From the NCBI RefSeq assembly GCF_009914755.1, contig NC_060927.1: a stretch of DNA of 64,000 bases; one strand, 5' to 3'. A program made the position numbers and the translations under genes. Positions 40,183-57,760 of this stretch are shown piece after piece (position 1 is the first letter of the stretch; each line of letters begins with the position of its first letter). The notes beneath the pieces were generated by a model. That model worked only from the letters and a program-made list of their open reading frames with translations. It was not told where the DNA came from and made no database searches. Origin of the DNA: the human T2T-CHM13v2.0 reference genome, Homo sapiens.

Positions 40183-40773
40183 GAAATTTCAGTTTTTTGG
40201 TTTCTCCCTTGGGCAGGTCCCTGAGAGGAATGGGTGTTAAAAGTTGGGGAGGAAAATCCAGGATGCAAACAGGTATCATTTCCTCTCAAGCATTTTCATT
40301 AAATTGCCTAAAGAGATCTTGGAAGAAAATGGGCTGAATCTTAAGTGTGCAGTTATTTTTGTGATTTATTTTCTTATTCGTAATCAACATTCATGTCCAA
40401 CATACCTTTTCTATTTGTAACTTTATATTCTTTTTCTTAAAATAAGTCCCTCAAACCTGCATATGCTTTAGGTCCCCAAAATCTGTACTCACTTTACTCA
40501 AACAGTGAATGTGATTTAGCTAAATTAAGGGTCTCAGGGGTGAGTTGAAATGGATAAAAGAGCACTCGAGGAAGAGGTCTCATCTTAGGCAAAAGATCCA
40601 TGAAGTAACACAGAAACTTGGGTAGTTCCAAAGAATTTTACAGATCCATCTTAAGTAGGGTATTTAAAGTTTGCTTCCATTTCTACTCTGTTGTTTAAGA
40701 ACTTAATTACACAGACATTTGGGTCCTTATTTTAACTAATGTTCAATACTGGACTACTTCTTTTCACTCTTAG

Positions 40774-41220
<447 letters not shown>

Positions 41221-41248
41221 CTTCCCAGCTTTTTGTATTGAACTCTAT

Positions 41249-41836
41249 TGTAAAAAATAAAGTAAAGGTTCCTTTTCAAAGATTTTCCTCCCCATTTAAT
41301 TAGGAATAAATAGTAGCTTCTCTTAGAAGCAAAATTTATTCAAAGACCTGTGCTAACATTCTTAAATATCTGCTAGCTGTGGTAAAGAAATCAATGTACT
41401 TTATGTTCTTAGCTCCCACAATTTGGCCTAAATATTTGCCCTGGCAGGCTTATACTGGTCGAAGCAAGCATTAGGTCATAGCCTGTTCCTTTTCCTTATT
41501 TAAAGGTGTTTTTTACCTTTCTCAGCATTCCACAAGTTACTTCCTCTTTCCTTTGTTCTCTTCTACCCTTGCCTCTTTAAAAAGTTCTAAGTTGCTAGTC
41601 AATCGGGACAAAACAAAATGTGAGGTCCCGTTCCAGCCAATGGAACTGGACACAACAGTATGGCGGACAGTTCAGGTTATAAATAACCCTGTCTCCTTTG
41701 TTCGGTGTACTCTCATGGCAAAACTGCTGGCAAGTGTACCCTTTCCGCAGAAAGTATAAAAATGGCCTTGCTGAGTAAATTAAATTTATGTTCAAGTGCT
41801 ATTCTTTACGGCACCGGGAAACAAGCATTTCAAACA
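41249..41836 (+). mobile_element. LTR10C-like (HERV-I group) solo LTR
   Basis: tgtaaaaaataaagtaaaggttcc...caagcatttcaaaca, 588 bp; perfect 5-bp TSD TCTAT; TATAAA at about 41677. Confidence 0.8.
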
Positions 41837-44079
41837 TCTATGATAGGTAATACATGAATATGCTTATGTGTATATGATAATGTGCATATAATAATGTACA
41901 ATATATAAAATAATATGCATACATTCTTCTGAGCTTATAGTTCTTAAAATATGCCAAAGTAAAATAAAAGCTCATTGTTCATCTGGATCCATTATTTTTA
42001 TTTATTTTTGACATGCTTCTTAAATATGGGCAATTTGGATGTATGCATTTTAATTAGTAAGACTAGCTAATGTATAAAATTACTTTTAAAAGTAAAATAA
42101 AACAATAAAAAATAATTTGCAAGTATTAAAATTCTCATAATTGGGTAAAGTTCAAATGAAGAAATTCAGCATTTTAAATTTGAACTCTTTTAGAACAACT
42201 AACTCTCAGATGTTACACATTTCATTTTTTAAGAGGGAAAAAGAAAAAATGAGAAAAACAAGCTAACAAATGCCACGGAATTATAAATTAATAATGGTTA
42301 TTATGTTCTGTGGTTTTGAACCTCTAACTATTCCACCCAAATAGAACATGGCACTTCTCACTCTAGTGTGGTCTGAGATAAGCCATGGATTCAGGTACTC
42401 TCAGAGGCCAGACACATCCTCAATCAATTATGGAGAGATCAACAACCATTTTGCCTTTCAAATGAGCTTGAGAAAAATTGGGCTGTTTTCCCAAAATGGA
42501 GGAAGTAGATGAGAACTGCTCATTCTCTGAAAAGGAATCATGTTAATGAAATGACAAAGAGAGCTTTGTTCATTTAAATACCATAAAGTCCATCCGAATT
42601 GGTAATAGAGTACGTAATTGTCTCTTTTATATCTCAGTCAAATCTTTGCTAGGGGGCTGAAGAATGAGAAAGAAAACTGGAAAGAACTCAGTTTCATGAT
42701 ATTTAAAATCCTTCCCCAGGGCACATGGGCTCTATAACAACCACAAAAATCCATTACTGCATAAATATAATCTTTTGAATTTTAAAGCAAACAAATAGAA
42801 ATAACATGTATCAGAAAAAGTATTGTGCTACTAAAAAGAAAGTGATGCTTATAGTTTATTTATTTATGTTTTCCAATTAGTTTGCAATGACTATGAATAT
42901 TACTTGGTTAATGACTGTGTTATTAATTCATAAAACTCTAAATAATGTTTGACTACATCTATGTCAATATATATGTGAAAATGGAGTGAAAATAAAGCAT
43001 ATCCATATTTCTGTGTATTGAAATTTTTCTTTATATTTTTCTATATTTCATACATTTTGCATAATAAACATAAATAGCTCTGATTTAATGTAATTTTTAA
43101 ATTCTATAATATCAATAATATTATTCATTGTAATATATACCAGAATAAAAATAAATCTTTTTTATTGGAATATTCCTAAGTGCTTGCTGTTTTATTACAT
43201 CAACTATGGTTATTAGACTGGCAAAAGAAGATTTATCCAGGTTATTTTTTTTTAATTATCTGGCCACAGGATAAATGTGGCTCATGGAAATTAATTGGGA
43301 GCACCTGTTCCAAGGTAGCTTTCTGACAGAGGAACATCAGTCTTCCCATTGCATGTAATTCTTCTTCTGAAGAGACAGAAAAATCTGTTTTTGGTAAAGT
43401 CAAGGTATTTGGCCACAGAACCAGACCTTTCTTTCCAACAGCCTCCATTAGTGTTTCCAGCTTCATGTGACAAAGAGATGGGTCGATCAAAGTATTTTTA
43501 AATGTGAGTCAATTGGGCGGCATTGTTGAAGAAATCCATTCAGAAACTGCCGGTGTATCCCTCCACATTTGAAGTGGGCCTGCGGGATTCAGATGTGATA
43601 ATGGAAAAGTGGATAAATGACAGCTCTGGGCATCAGTTTCAAGGAAGTGCTCAGCTGAATATAGAAATCAAATGGAAGAAAACAAACAACACTTTGTGGA
43701 TCCTCTCCCCTCGAAATTTGAATTGTTCCTTGCTCCTCTGTGCTTCCCGAAAGAAGACAAAAGGTCAACTGGTAACCTTTCATTGCTCTTAGAGCTAGAT
43801 GACTTTCTTCTCAATTTATAAAAACAAGCTATACACACACAGCTCTGAATGACTTGGTTAACAGTCCAAAAATACTTGATTATTTCACCGATGCTGAATG
43901 ATTCTCTGCCACCTTCACCAATGAACAGTTTAAAAAAAAAGCAAGCTTAGTTCTTGTATTCACTTGAAATCATAGTAACTGATGAGTTTGGTAACTTACA
44001 GTTTTAGAATTGTTTCCTGTGAGTGACACAGTGGAACTAGAATATCTCGAAAGTATTCCTACTGCTCCATTCTATAAAG

Positions 44080-44665
44080 TACAATAGTTTCACCTTATCT
44101 GCAGTTTGGCTTACCCACCATCCAAAAAAATTAAATGGAAAATTCTAGAAATAAACAATTTGTAAGTTTTTAGTCATGTAGCGTTCTGAGTGGCCTGGGG
44201 AAATCTGCGCTCCTGCTCCACCTCGCCTTGGATACAAATCCTTCTTTTGTCCAGCATATCCACACTTTCTACCCACCCATCTGTTAGTCACTTCATAGCC
44301 GGCTCAATTACCAGATGGACTGCTGTAACATTGCAGTGCTTACGTTCAAGTAACCCTTCTCTTACTTCATCATGGCCTCAAAGCACAAGAGTAGTGATGC
44401 TGGCAGTTTGGATATACCAAAGAGAAGCTGTAAAATGCTTCCTTTTTCAGTGAAAAAGTGAAAGTTCTCCATTTACTAAGGTGAGAAAAAATGGTATGCT
44501 GAGGTTGCTAAAATCTGTGGTAATAATAAATCTTCTACCTGTGAAATTGTGAAGAAGGAAAAAAAAATCATGCAAGTATACATAGGGTTCTGTACTATTG
44601 GAGATTTAAGGCATCCACTGGGGGTCTTGGAACATATCACTTCTGGATAAGGAGGGACTACTGTA
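44080..44665. mobile_element. MER44 (Tigger7-derived) DNA transposon
   Basis: Terminal inverted repeats ta-caatagtttcaccttatc / gataaggagggactactg-ta, with characteristic internal motifs. Confidence 0.8.
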
Positions 44666-46449
44666 TGCTCTTTACTATGGTGGAATTTGCAAGTTCTCCT
44701 AGATTACGGCATGTGTTGCAGGATTAGGTCATAGAGACAGGTGGCTCAAATACTGACTATTCCACTTAGTAGCTAAGGGACTGGGCTATTTATTTAAGTT
44801 TCCGTTATTAAGTATCTGTTAATGAAGACAACAATTCTCACTTCATAGCGTCATTGTGAAAATCAAATACTATATTGTTGATAAATCTCAGCATAAAATC
44901 AGTTTTTATCAATAACTATTTTATGATTGTTATAAGTTTTATCATATGAATTCTTAACTTTGTTGAATATCAATTTTCTTGCCTGTAAAGTGGGAAAAAT
45001 AACGATTTCCTCTTAGGTATGACAATTAAATTGAAGGAGCTAACTCTGTAGATACTGGATACTTAAATGATAGCTGCTTTGTATAACTCTTCTTTATTAT
45101 CGCTATTATTATTACTTGAGAACTTTCCAACTTCAGTGTTTCCCAAGGTGTGTTCTATGTCCTACATTTGTGTGGAAGGAATACAACACTGAATTTAAAT
45201 AAATGGTGCTATACTTACATATGAATTTTATTAATAATAACCAGCAAAAGATACTTGCTTTACACAACTTTCTTTTATACAATATTTATAAATTAAAATT
45301 GATTATTGGGGCAAAAAATAGACAAAACAATGATACCAGTGGTATGGGGGAATGGCAAAATGCACGTGCTTATTCATTCATTCACCTAGTCCCCTAAGTG
45401 CTAGGCACTGTACCAGTGCCATGTAACAGAACTTGCCTGCCTGGCAGACATACTTACTACCCCCAAACTGCAAACCAGCATTGAACATAATGGCATGCAA
45501 TTGCCTTAATCTTCAAGTTGAGCTGTCTATTTTATGGCCTCAACAGCACACATCTTGGTAACAAGGCTGAATATGCCAATAAGCAGATTCCCAACATCAC
45601 ATTCTAATAAAGATCAAAATGACAGAACATAGCAATTATTCCTCACTTTTCGACATCCTAGTGTGATGGGGAAAAGCAGACTATTTCAATGCAAAGAAAT
45701 CAAACCAATCAATGTGCCTGAATTGCAGTTCTGATCTCTATACAAGGGAAGGTTTAGGAGATTATGGCATTTGACCAAGGGGCCCTTATAACTTTTCTTA
45801 CCACTGAGCTTTGATTATTATCTAAAAGAAAAGTAAGAGTTAAGAGAAAAAGAAATGTTATTCTGATTTAGATGAAATGAATGAATTTTATTAATGGAAA
45901 ACAATAGCTGTGGTGGTAATAATGGCTTTTTTCTACATGTGAGGTAAACCATAGCATATTTTTCATTAAGGAAGTGAATTACAATTTCCTTCTATTACAA
46001 GGGTAAACAGGGAGGACATGGTTTTGCACACTGTGAATAAACAAATACATAAGAAATAAAGGAAAGTCTTAATGCCTGTCTCTCGCAAGCCCCTTTGTCT
46101 GAAACAGCACAGCACAGCTTGTCTCATGCATGGTGACAAAGAAGCAGAGGGAAAGTCTTACCAAAAATGCAGACTTCAGTTACAATGTCATTTGATCTTG
46201 TCCTTTGAGATGTGCTTTTTTGAAAATGCCTCTGCCGTTCAGCACTGCATCAGCAAAACAAAGTCCATGAACACAAAAACCGAATCTGTAACCATGCAGC
46301 TGTGTGTGTAGCTGTGAAAAATTTCTAAATGTGTTCAAAAAACATTTTGATGTAAATTAACCTAAACTTCCTGTATGGATATTATCAATTATTCATGACA
46401 TAAATTATGCAACAGAGCTGTCAGTACGTACTTGATAGAATATACAGAA

Positions 46450-46620
46450 TGAAATACATGTATTTATAAAAATACAGATATGATGCATATCTGTTAACAT
46501 ATTCATGCATATAAATATCCAATCACATAAACACATATTTGTATATATACATATATAACACATTCATGTAATAAATATATATATATCCATGAATACACAT
46601 ATTTACACATACATAAATGA
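46450..46620. repeat. AT-rich (TA/CA)n low-complexity tract
   Basis: Seen directly in the sequence. Confidence 0.7.
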
Positions 46621-47492
46621 GGCAAGTTGGTAGAATCAAAGAGCACTGAACCGACCATGCTTGGAAACCTGGATTCTAGCCATTTTGTGTGAGTCACTTA
46701 CTCCTGCTTGCAGGATCTCTATTGCCTCAGTGTTTGGACCAGTGTCCCATTTCAGTATAAAATTCTTTCATTCTGTATCCCCTCAGCCCCTGTCTTACCA
46801 GATGTGGTACAGATGTCTTATTTAGGATGAGCCAAGGTCATCAAGCTTGGGAACTTGTAAGTGTCGATTTGGAGGGGTGAGAAAGGCATTCTTCCTAGCT
46901 CATTTAGCTTCTATTCATATATCAGACTTTCTCTGGGCCGTGTCTGCAGACTTTTGTTTATATCTCTTTGGATTTTTTTTTCCTAAATGCTAGAAAACTG
47001 ATCCTGGTTCTTTCTGTGAATGAGTTTTCATCTGAGGGCTCACCCAGCAGTGAGCTACCAGTTCTCTTCATTTGAGAAGAGTGAATAGCTAATTATTTTA
47101 TGACATACAATAGAGTCAAAATTAAGTTACTATGTTTTTGTACTATTTTTTAATTTTCACTATACTTTAAATGTTAACAGATGAAAGCCTAATTGGAATT
47201 TTCCAAAGGAAGCCTCATTTTTCATAGCTCAGTCTAGGAGCAAACGCCTCTATTTGTGTGTTAATTTTTTTTTTTTGAATTTTTTTTATTACACTTTAAG
47301 TTTTAGGGTACATGTGCACATTGTGCAGGTTAGTTACATATGTATACATGTGCCATGCTGCTGTGCTGCACCCACTAACTCGTCATCTAGCATTAGGTAT
47401 ATCTCCCAATTCTATCCCTCCCCCCTCCCCCCACCCCACAACAGTCCCCAGAGTGTGATATTCCCCTTCCTGTGTCCATGTGATCTCATTGT

Positions 47493-51312
<3,820 letters not shown>

Positions 51313-51375
51313 TATGATGTTAGCTGGTTATTTTGCTCGTTAGTTGATGCAGTTTCTTCCTAGTCTTGATGGTCT

Positions 51376-52388
51376 TTACATTTTGGCATGATTTTGCAGT
51401 GGCTGGTACCGGTTGTTCCTTTCCATGTTTAGTGCTTCCTTCAGGAGCTCTTTTAGGGCATGCCTGGTGGTGACAAAATCTCTCAACCTTTGCTTGTCTG
51501 TAAAGTATTTTATTTCTCCTTTGCTTATGAAGCTTAGTTTGGCTGGATATGAAATTCCGGGTTGAAAATTCTTTTCTTTAAGAATGTTGAATATTGGCCC
51601 CCACTCTCTTCTCGCTTGTAGGGTTTCTGCCGAGAGATCCGCTGTTAGTCTGATGGGCTTCCCTTTGTGGGTAACCCAACCTTTCTCTCTGGCTGCCCTT
51701 AACATTTTTTCCTTCATTTCAACTTTGGTGAATCGACAATTATGTGTCTTGGAGTTGCTGTTCTCGAGGAGTATCTTTGTGGCGTTCTCTGTATTTCCTG
51801 AATCTGAACGTTGGTCTGCCTTGCTAGATTGGGGAAGTTCTCCTGGATAATATCCTGCAGAGTGTTTTCCAACTTGGTTCCATTCTCCCCATCACTTTCA
51901 GGTACACCAATCAGACGTAGATTTGGTCTTTTCACATAGTCCCATATTTCTTGGAGGGTTTGCTCATTTTTATTCCTTTTTCTCTAAACTTCCCTTCTCG
52001 CTTCATTTCATTCATTTCATCTTCCATCGCTGATACCCTTTCTTCCAGTTGATCGCATCGGCTCCTGAGGCTTCTGCATTCTTCATGTAGTTCTTGAGCC
52101 TTGGTTTTCAGCTCCATCAGCTCCTTTAAGCACTTCTCTGTATTGATTATTCTAGTTATACATTCTTCTAATTTTTTTTTCAAAGTTTTAAACTTCTTTG
52201 CCTTTGGTTTGAATGTCCTCCTGTAGCTCAGAGTAATTTGATCGTCTGAAGCCTTCTTCTCTCAGCTCGTCAAAGTCATTCTCCATCCAGCTTTGTTCCG
52301 TTGCTGGTGAGGAACTGCTTTCCTTTGGAGGAGGAGAGTTGCTCTGCTTTTTAGAGTTTCCAGTTTTTCTGTTCTGTTTTTTCCCCAT
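51376..52388 (-). pseudogene. L1 ORF1 (RNA-binding protein), disrupted
   Basis: MGKKQNRK...NHAKM is split into four ORF-track pieces by a stop and frameshifts. Confidence 0.93.
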
Positions 52389-53288
52389 CTTTGTGGTTTT
52401 ATCTACTTTTGGTCTTTGATGATGGTGATGTACAGTTAGGTTTTTGGTGTGGATGTCCTTTCTGTTTGTTAGTTTTCCTTCTAACAGACAGGACCCTCAG
52501 CTGCAGGTCTGTTGGAGTACCCTGCCTTGTGAGGTGTCAGTGTGCCCCTGCTGGGGGGTGCCTCCCAGTTAGGCTGCTCGGGGGTCAGGGGTCAGGGACC
52601 CACTTGAGGAGGCAGTCTGACCGTTCTCAGATCTCCAGCTGTGTGCTGGGAGAACCACTGCTCTCTTCAAAGCTGTCAGACAGGGACATTTAAGTCTGCA
52701 GAGGTTACTGCTGTCTTTTTGTTTGTCTGTGCCTTGCCCCCAGAGGTGGAGCCTACAGAGGCAGGCAGGCCTCCTTGACCTGTGGTGGGCTCCACCCAGT
52801 TTGAGCTTCCCGGCTGCTTTGTTTACCTAATCAAGCCTGGGCAATGGTGGGCGCCCCTCCCCCAGCCTCGCTGCCGCCTTGCAGTTTGATCTCAGACTGC
52901 TGTGCTAGCAATCAGCGAGACTCCTTCGGCATAGGACCCTCCGAGCCAGGTGCGGGATATAATCTCATGGTGTGCCGTTTTTTAAGCCCGTCGGAAAAGC
53001 GCAGTATTCGGGTGGGAGTGACCCGATTTTCCAGGTGCCATCGGTCACCACTTTCTTTGACTCGGAAAGGGAACTCCCTGACCCCTTGCGCTTCCCAAGT
53101 GAGGCAATACCTCACCCTGCTTCGGCTCATGCATGGTGCGCGCACCCAATGACCTGCGCCCACTGTCTGGTACTCCGTAGTGAGATGAACCCGGTACCTC
53201 AGATGGAAATGCAGAAATCACCGTCTTCTGCATCACTCACGCTGGGGGCTGTAGACTGGAGCTGTTCCTATTCGGCCATCTTGGCTCC
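52389..53288. promoter_or_regulatory. L1 5' UTR with sense (minus-strand) and antisense (plus-strand) promoters
   Basis: CpG-containing L1 5' UTR with an intact YY1 motif CAAGATGGCCG at the 5' end. Bidirectional activity is established for L1PA 5' UTRs but is not shown for this copy. Confidence 0.7.
52844..53152 (+). CDS. L1 antisense ORF0 homologue, open, C-terminally extended to 102 aa
   Basis: MVGAPPPASLPPCSLISDCCASNQRD matches the ORF0 N-terminus; ATG context gcaATGG; expression unknown. Confidence 0.6.
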   Translation: MVGAPPPASLPPCSLISDCCASNQRDSFGIGPSEPGAGYNLMVCRFLSPSEKRSIRVGVTRFSRCHRSPLSLTRKGNSLTPCASQVRQYLTLLRLMHGARTQ

Positions 53289-53364
53289 AAAATTTGTGTG
53301 TTAATTTTTATTTGATGCTTTTTGTCATTGTGTTTATTACTTCTTTGGATATTAGTTAACATTT

Positions 53365-53585
53365 TTTGAAGACTTACTGTAAGGGAGCTGCCTATTTAAT
53401 TATCTTATTTAATTTTCTTAACTATCTATTATAATTATCCCAATTTTAGAGATGAGAAAACTTAGGCACAGAGGTATTAATTAACTTGAGTAAGGTCACA
53501 CAGCTAGGTGTGCCAGAGCTGAAATTTGAATATGGGCAGTCTGTCTCTAGAGTCTGTACTGTTAACCAAGATATTCTACTGCCAC
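53365..53585 (-). mobile_element. MIR
   Basis: attttagagatgagaaaacttaggcacagagg...aaggtcacacagctag core. Confidence 0.75.
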
Positions 53586-53805
53586 CATTGTAACGTTTGC
53601 CAATATGACTATTATAGGTACCAAAAAATCCTATCTCAAACCCACATAGTATATCCAAATACAAAGTCATCTTGTAATGTATGTCTACACATTGAGACTT
53701 CTTGACAAATATAGTAACTAGCGGTTTCACCTTGCAGAAATTATTAAATTGTTTTTGCTCCTTTTTCTTCAACTCTAAAATGGTTATAATAATAGTTATT
53801 TACCT

Positions 53806-54494
53806 TGTTGGGGCTCAGAAACCAATACCTCAAAATATGCTGCTCTGGCATGCCAAAGTAAAGAAGCACCTTTAAGGTCTCCCTCTGACTTTCCTCTGCC
53901 TTCCTGTTTCTCTGATCCTTTTGATTTTCCAAAAGGGGCTTTCTCTGAAATTTCCCTATTTGTCTGAGGAAACTTCTTGTAAATTAAAGGAAATTATCTT
54001 AAAACCCTCTTCTTAGGAATCTCATCAAATAACCAGGAAGGATTAACACTGGAGAAGAGGAGAAACTGGAAATTGTAACCACATGCAGACAGACTTTTCA
54101 TCTATTCTTCCAAGGGCAGTTGTGAGAAATTACTTGGGGAACCGTACTTGCATAATAAGACAGCCCTTGTTCACAATGCAGTTCTGCCCCACACCCTTCT
54201 CTAACTTGTCCACAAGCTATTGTTTGTTCTTTGGTTCCATTCAGCATCCAAAGAGAATCTTTTGTAAATCATTATCTTGTCCTTGGGTCTGTTCATTCAC
54301 TTTCCTCTCTCCAATGAAGAGGATATTTAAGCATCATTCATCTGGCCCTTTTTTGAGTTTTGAATATTTTTTGTGTGACTCCTATGCACATGATAAATTT
54401 GTTATGCTTGTCTCTTATCTTATCTTTTGTTATAGGAGTTTTGGCCATGACCCTTTATGAGGAGAAAAGGGATCACCCCCTTTTTGCCTCTACA
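53806..54494 (+). mobile_element. MER39-like ERV1 solo LTR
   Basis: tgttggggctcagaaaccaatacctcaaaatatg...gcctctaca, 689 bp; perfect 4-bp TSD ACCT. Confidence 0.8.
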
Positions 54495-54885
54495 ACCTTA
54501 TAGATATTTAAATATCTTTTATGGCATAGTCAATGTATGTGTGGGGAATAAAAGCTGCCTTTGATATAAGCTTAGTCCAGACATGATCAGGAAAGGAAAT
54601 CTGCCATGAAGAAAATCCTGTATGGAAGGCATTTTCAGGACAGTGAAAGATGGGTTCAGAGAAGCAGGGCTACCAGCAGAGACACTCCTCAAATGCTAGC
54701 AGAAAAAAACACTAACAAATGCCTGACTGCAGAAGAATCCTGGGAGCCTGGACTTGCCTCTCATTCTGAATTGCATTTATTCTGGGAACTAAGCAGAGTG
54801 CTGTGTCAATCTGCTATGAGGGAGGCAGAATTATAAATAGAATATGTGCTAGAAATAGAAAATGAGATGAAAGATGGCATTTTGG

Positions 54886-55085
54886 GGCTTTCACGGCTTC
54901 CCCCAGCCCCCCCACCTCCTTCAGCAGAGGGAAAAAAGTCATCCAGTTTTGGTGAAGGCAAAAAATTCAGAAGCCATCATTCCAAGAGCAGTGGAAGGGA
55001 GGAAGTAGAAAGTATGAAAGTGGTGAAAAGTATAGAAGTGGGAAGAGTTGAGTGAGATGTGGGAGGGTAAGCTGGCCTCCTGGGC
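54886..55085 (+). repeat. Local direct repeat, copy A
   Basis: Aligns by eye with 55981-56179 from ggctttcac to gtaagctgg..tcctgggc. Confidence 0.9.
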
Positions 55086-55232
55086 AGATGAGAGGAAACC
55101 AAAGAGAAAAGCCCAGGGCTAGGACACAGAATGAAGATTTACCCAGCTGGAGAGAAATTTGAAATAGCAAGATAGTAGTAACACATGGCCAGACAGGGAT
55201 TGGGTTGGAAAAGAATTAAAAAGCTTAAACCC

Positions 55233-55548
<316 letters not shown>

Positions 55549-55671
55549 AAAAAGCTTAAACCCTAAAAATGGAATTAGGTGGGAAGGCTAATATGACTGT
55601 GAGATAAAAGACCCAGGCCTGATCAGTAGCATTCCCAGGTAGGTCCATTTACCTTTTTCCCCAAAGCAGAC

Positions 55672-55723
55672 CTTGACCTTCAGCTTTCAAGGTGAAACTT
55701 GACCTTCACCTTTCAAGGTGAAT
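55672..55723. repeat. 26-bp tandem duplication
   Basis: cttgaccttcagctttcaaggtgaaa / cttgaccttcacctttcaaggtgaat. Confidence 0.9.
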
Positions 55724-55980
55724 ATCTTCAAAGGTGTTTTTGAATCCGTAATGAGGTATCATTTCATCAGGTATGAGGAAGGGTGTTCTAGCTATGGTTG
55801 AGGAAGGCTTAGTGGGAAAAAGTCTTGAAGTTGGAGGTGGGTTCTGGCCCCAGCATTGCCATCAACTAGATATGTGACCTCAAACAAGTCACCTGACTGG
55901 CCTGTGTGAGCTCGGTTTGGATATCATCTCTACCGTGAACTGCCTGTTTAATCTTGATCTATGTACTTCCTTTATTTATA

Positions 55981-56179
55981 GGCTTTCACAGCTTTCTTCC
56001 CTTCAGCAGAGGGAGAAAAGCCATCCATCCAGTTTTAGTGGAGGCAAGAAATTCAGGAGCCATCATTCCAAGGTAAGTGAAAGGGAAGGAGGAAACAAAA
56101 AGTATGAAAGTGGTAAAAAGTATAGAGGTGGGAGTGCAATGTAAACAGAAGGGTGGGAGGGTAAGCTGGTTTCCTGGGC
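55981..56179 (+). repeat. Local direct repeat, copy B
   Basis: Diverged partner of 54886-55085. Confidence 0.9.
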
Positions 56180-57589
56180 CTTCGTAACTAGTCTTCATTT
56201 TTTTTCAAGTCCACAAAATAATGGGTATTAGACTCTACGTCTTAAAAGCTGCTGCCTGATGTAAAGTTCTACACTTTAATACTTGAATGAATACTTAGGG
56301 TGAGAGAGAATAGTGACCCCCTAACTTAATTTGTTCTACAATAGGAAACAGCTCTCATGGAGGTCATTCAGCTGAGATGCTGGATGAATTGACAGCTTTA
56401 AGTCCTTCTATAGTCAGAATATGTCTCCTCTCTACCTGGCAGAGATCCATGCCTCCCACCATTGCTGTATTGCAGGGGTACCAACTTTGGATCTGTGCTG
56501 CTTGAGTAGGGGAGCTCCCACAGTGTTTGTTCATACAAGAGGGTTTTCAGCAGCTACCCACCCAGAATAATTTGGGAAGAAGGTCTATAGATGCCATAAA
56601 ATGGAGGCTCCTCAAGGAATCCTCAGGGGAAATGTTACAACAGCACTCTGCTGAGATGAGATGCACCTAGTTATTTTGCAAGTAGAAGGTGTGGAACTGC
56701 AGGTATGGTTCTGCTTTGTTGTCCCAAAATGATCAAAGTTTTGCAGCCCAAACAAGGATTTGGGGAAGTCACAGCTCAGAGAATACCCAAGCACATCAGT
56801 GTTCAAAAGTGTAGTATGAAGTGGTACTGCCCAAACTCATTAATATACCAGCCATGTGGTATATATAGGAACTTGCATTCTTTTACCTTACAAATTACAT
56901 TATCAATTCACCTTGATGCAATAATGTGTCCTCCCATTGGTCCTTGAGCTTTACTAAGATAGTTTCTTTGGCCAGAATCCCTTTGAGGTCACTGTAAAGA
57001 GAACCCAACTTACCTATGGAGATTCTATTGCTTCTGTTCTGTCTTCTGCTCATCTATTTCTCAGCCCTGATGGAACTAGTATGCAAAACACTAGTAGGGA
57101 GATAATGTTGAATCTTGTCAGCCTTTATAACTTGATCTAGTAAGGTACTCCTCAAATAGCTCAGGTAATCTGTCCCAATATAGTCCTGATTTTGCCCAAT
57201 CAAATATACTTCTGACAATAGATATGAATTCAGACACTGGGCCACTGGGTCACACTGTCTGGGGGTCATCAGTCTTGGAGGTTAGGAGTCCTGGCTGGGA
57301 AAACAGGAGACTCACTATCCTATCAAAGATTGTATACAGCACACCCATATCTGGGGATGAAATTGGGTCTTGGTCAGAAACCATCCTTGTGGGAAACCGA
57401 GGGCATTCCTAGTAGATGAAGTATCCTCTCTGCTGGGGGTATTTTGTCACAGTGACAAAGTGTGGTGTTTTGCAAAGCTGATTGACTACTGTCACCTCTT
57501 AGAAGGAGGTAAACCCATCATAAAGATTGATTGATGGCAGGGTCAGACTGACTATGGCTTACAGTTGGAGCTCTGTTTGAGTTAAGGTC

Positions 57590-57760
57590 TTGCTCCCTAA
57601 CTCAAAGAGAAGTGTAGCCCTGGACAGGTAGCATTAGCATCATCTGGAAGTTTGTGAAAAAGCAGACTCAGGCCTCATGCCAATCCTACTGGATCAAAAC
57701 TCCATTTGACAAGATTCCCAGGCAATTTACATGCCCATTAAAGTTTAAGAGGCCCTGGGT
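57590..57760. mobile_element. MER5-type DNA transposon fragment
   Basis: agcattagcatcatctggaagtttgtgaaaaagcaga...cattaaagtttaaga motif. Confidence 0.6.

Noticed and set aside
56600-57550. Possible coding exon or processed pseudogene in unique-looking sequence
   Set aside because: Only short ORFs with no recognisable domain, polyA or TSD; an isolated minus-strand donor near 57010 is not enough.
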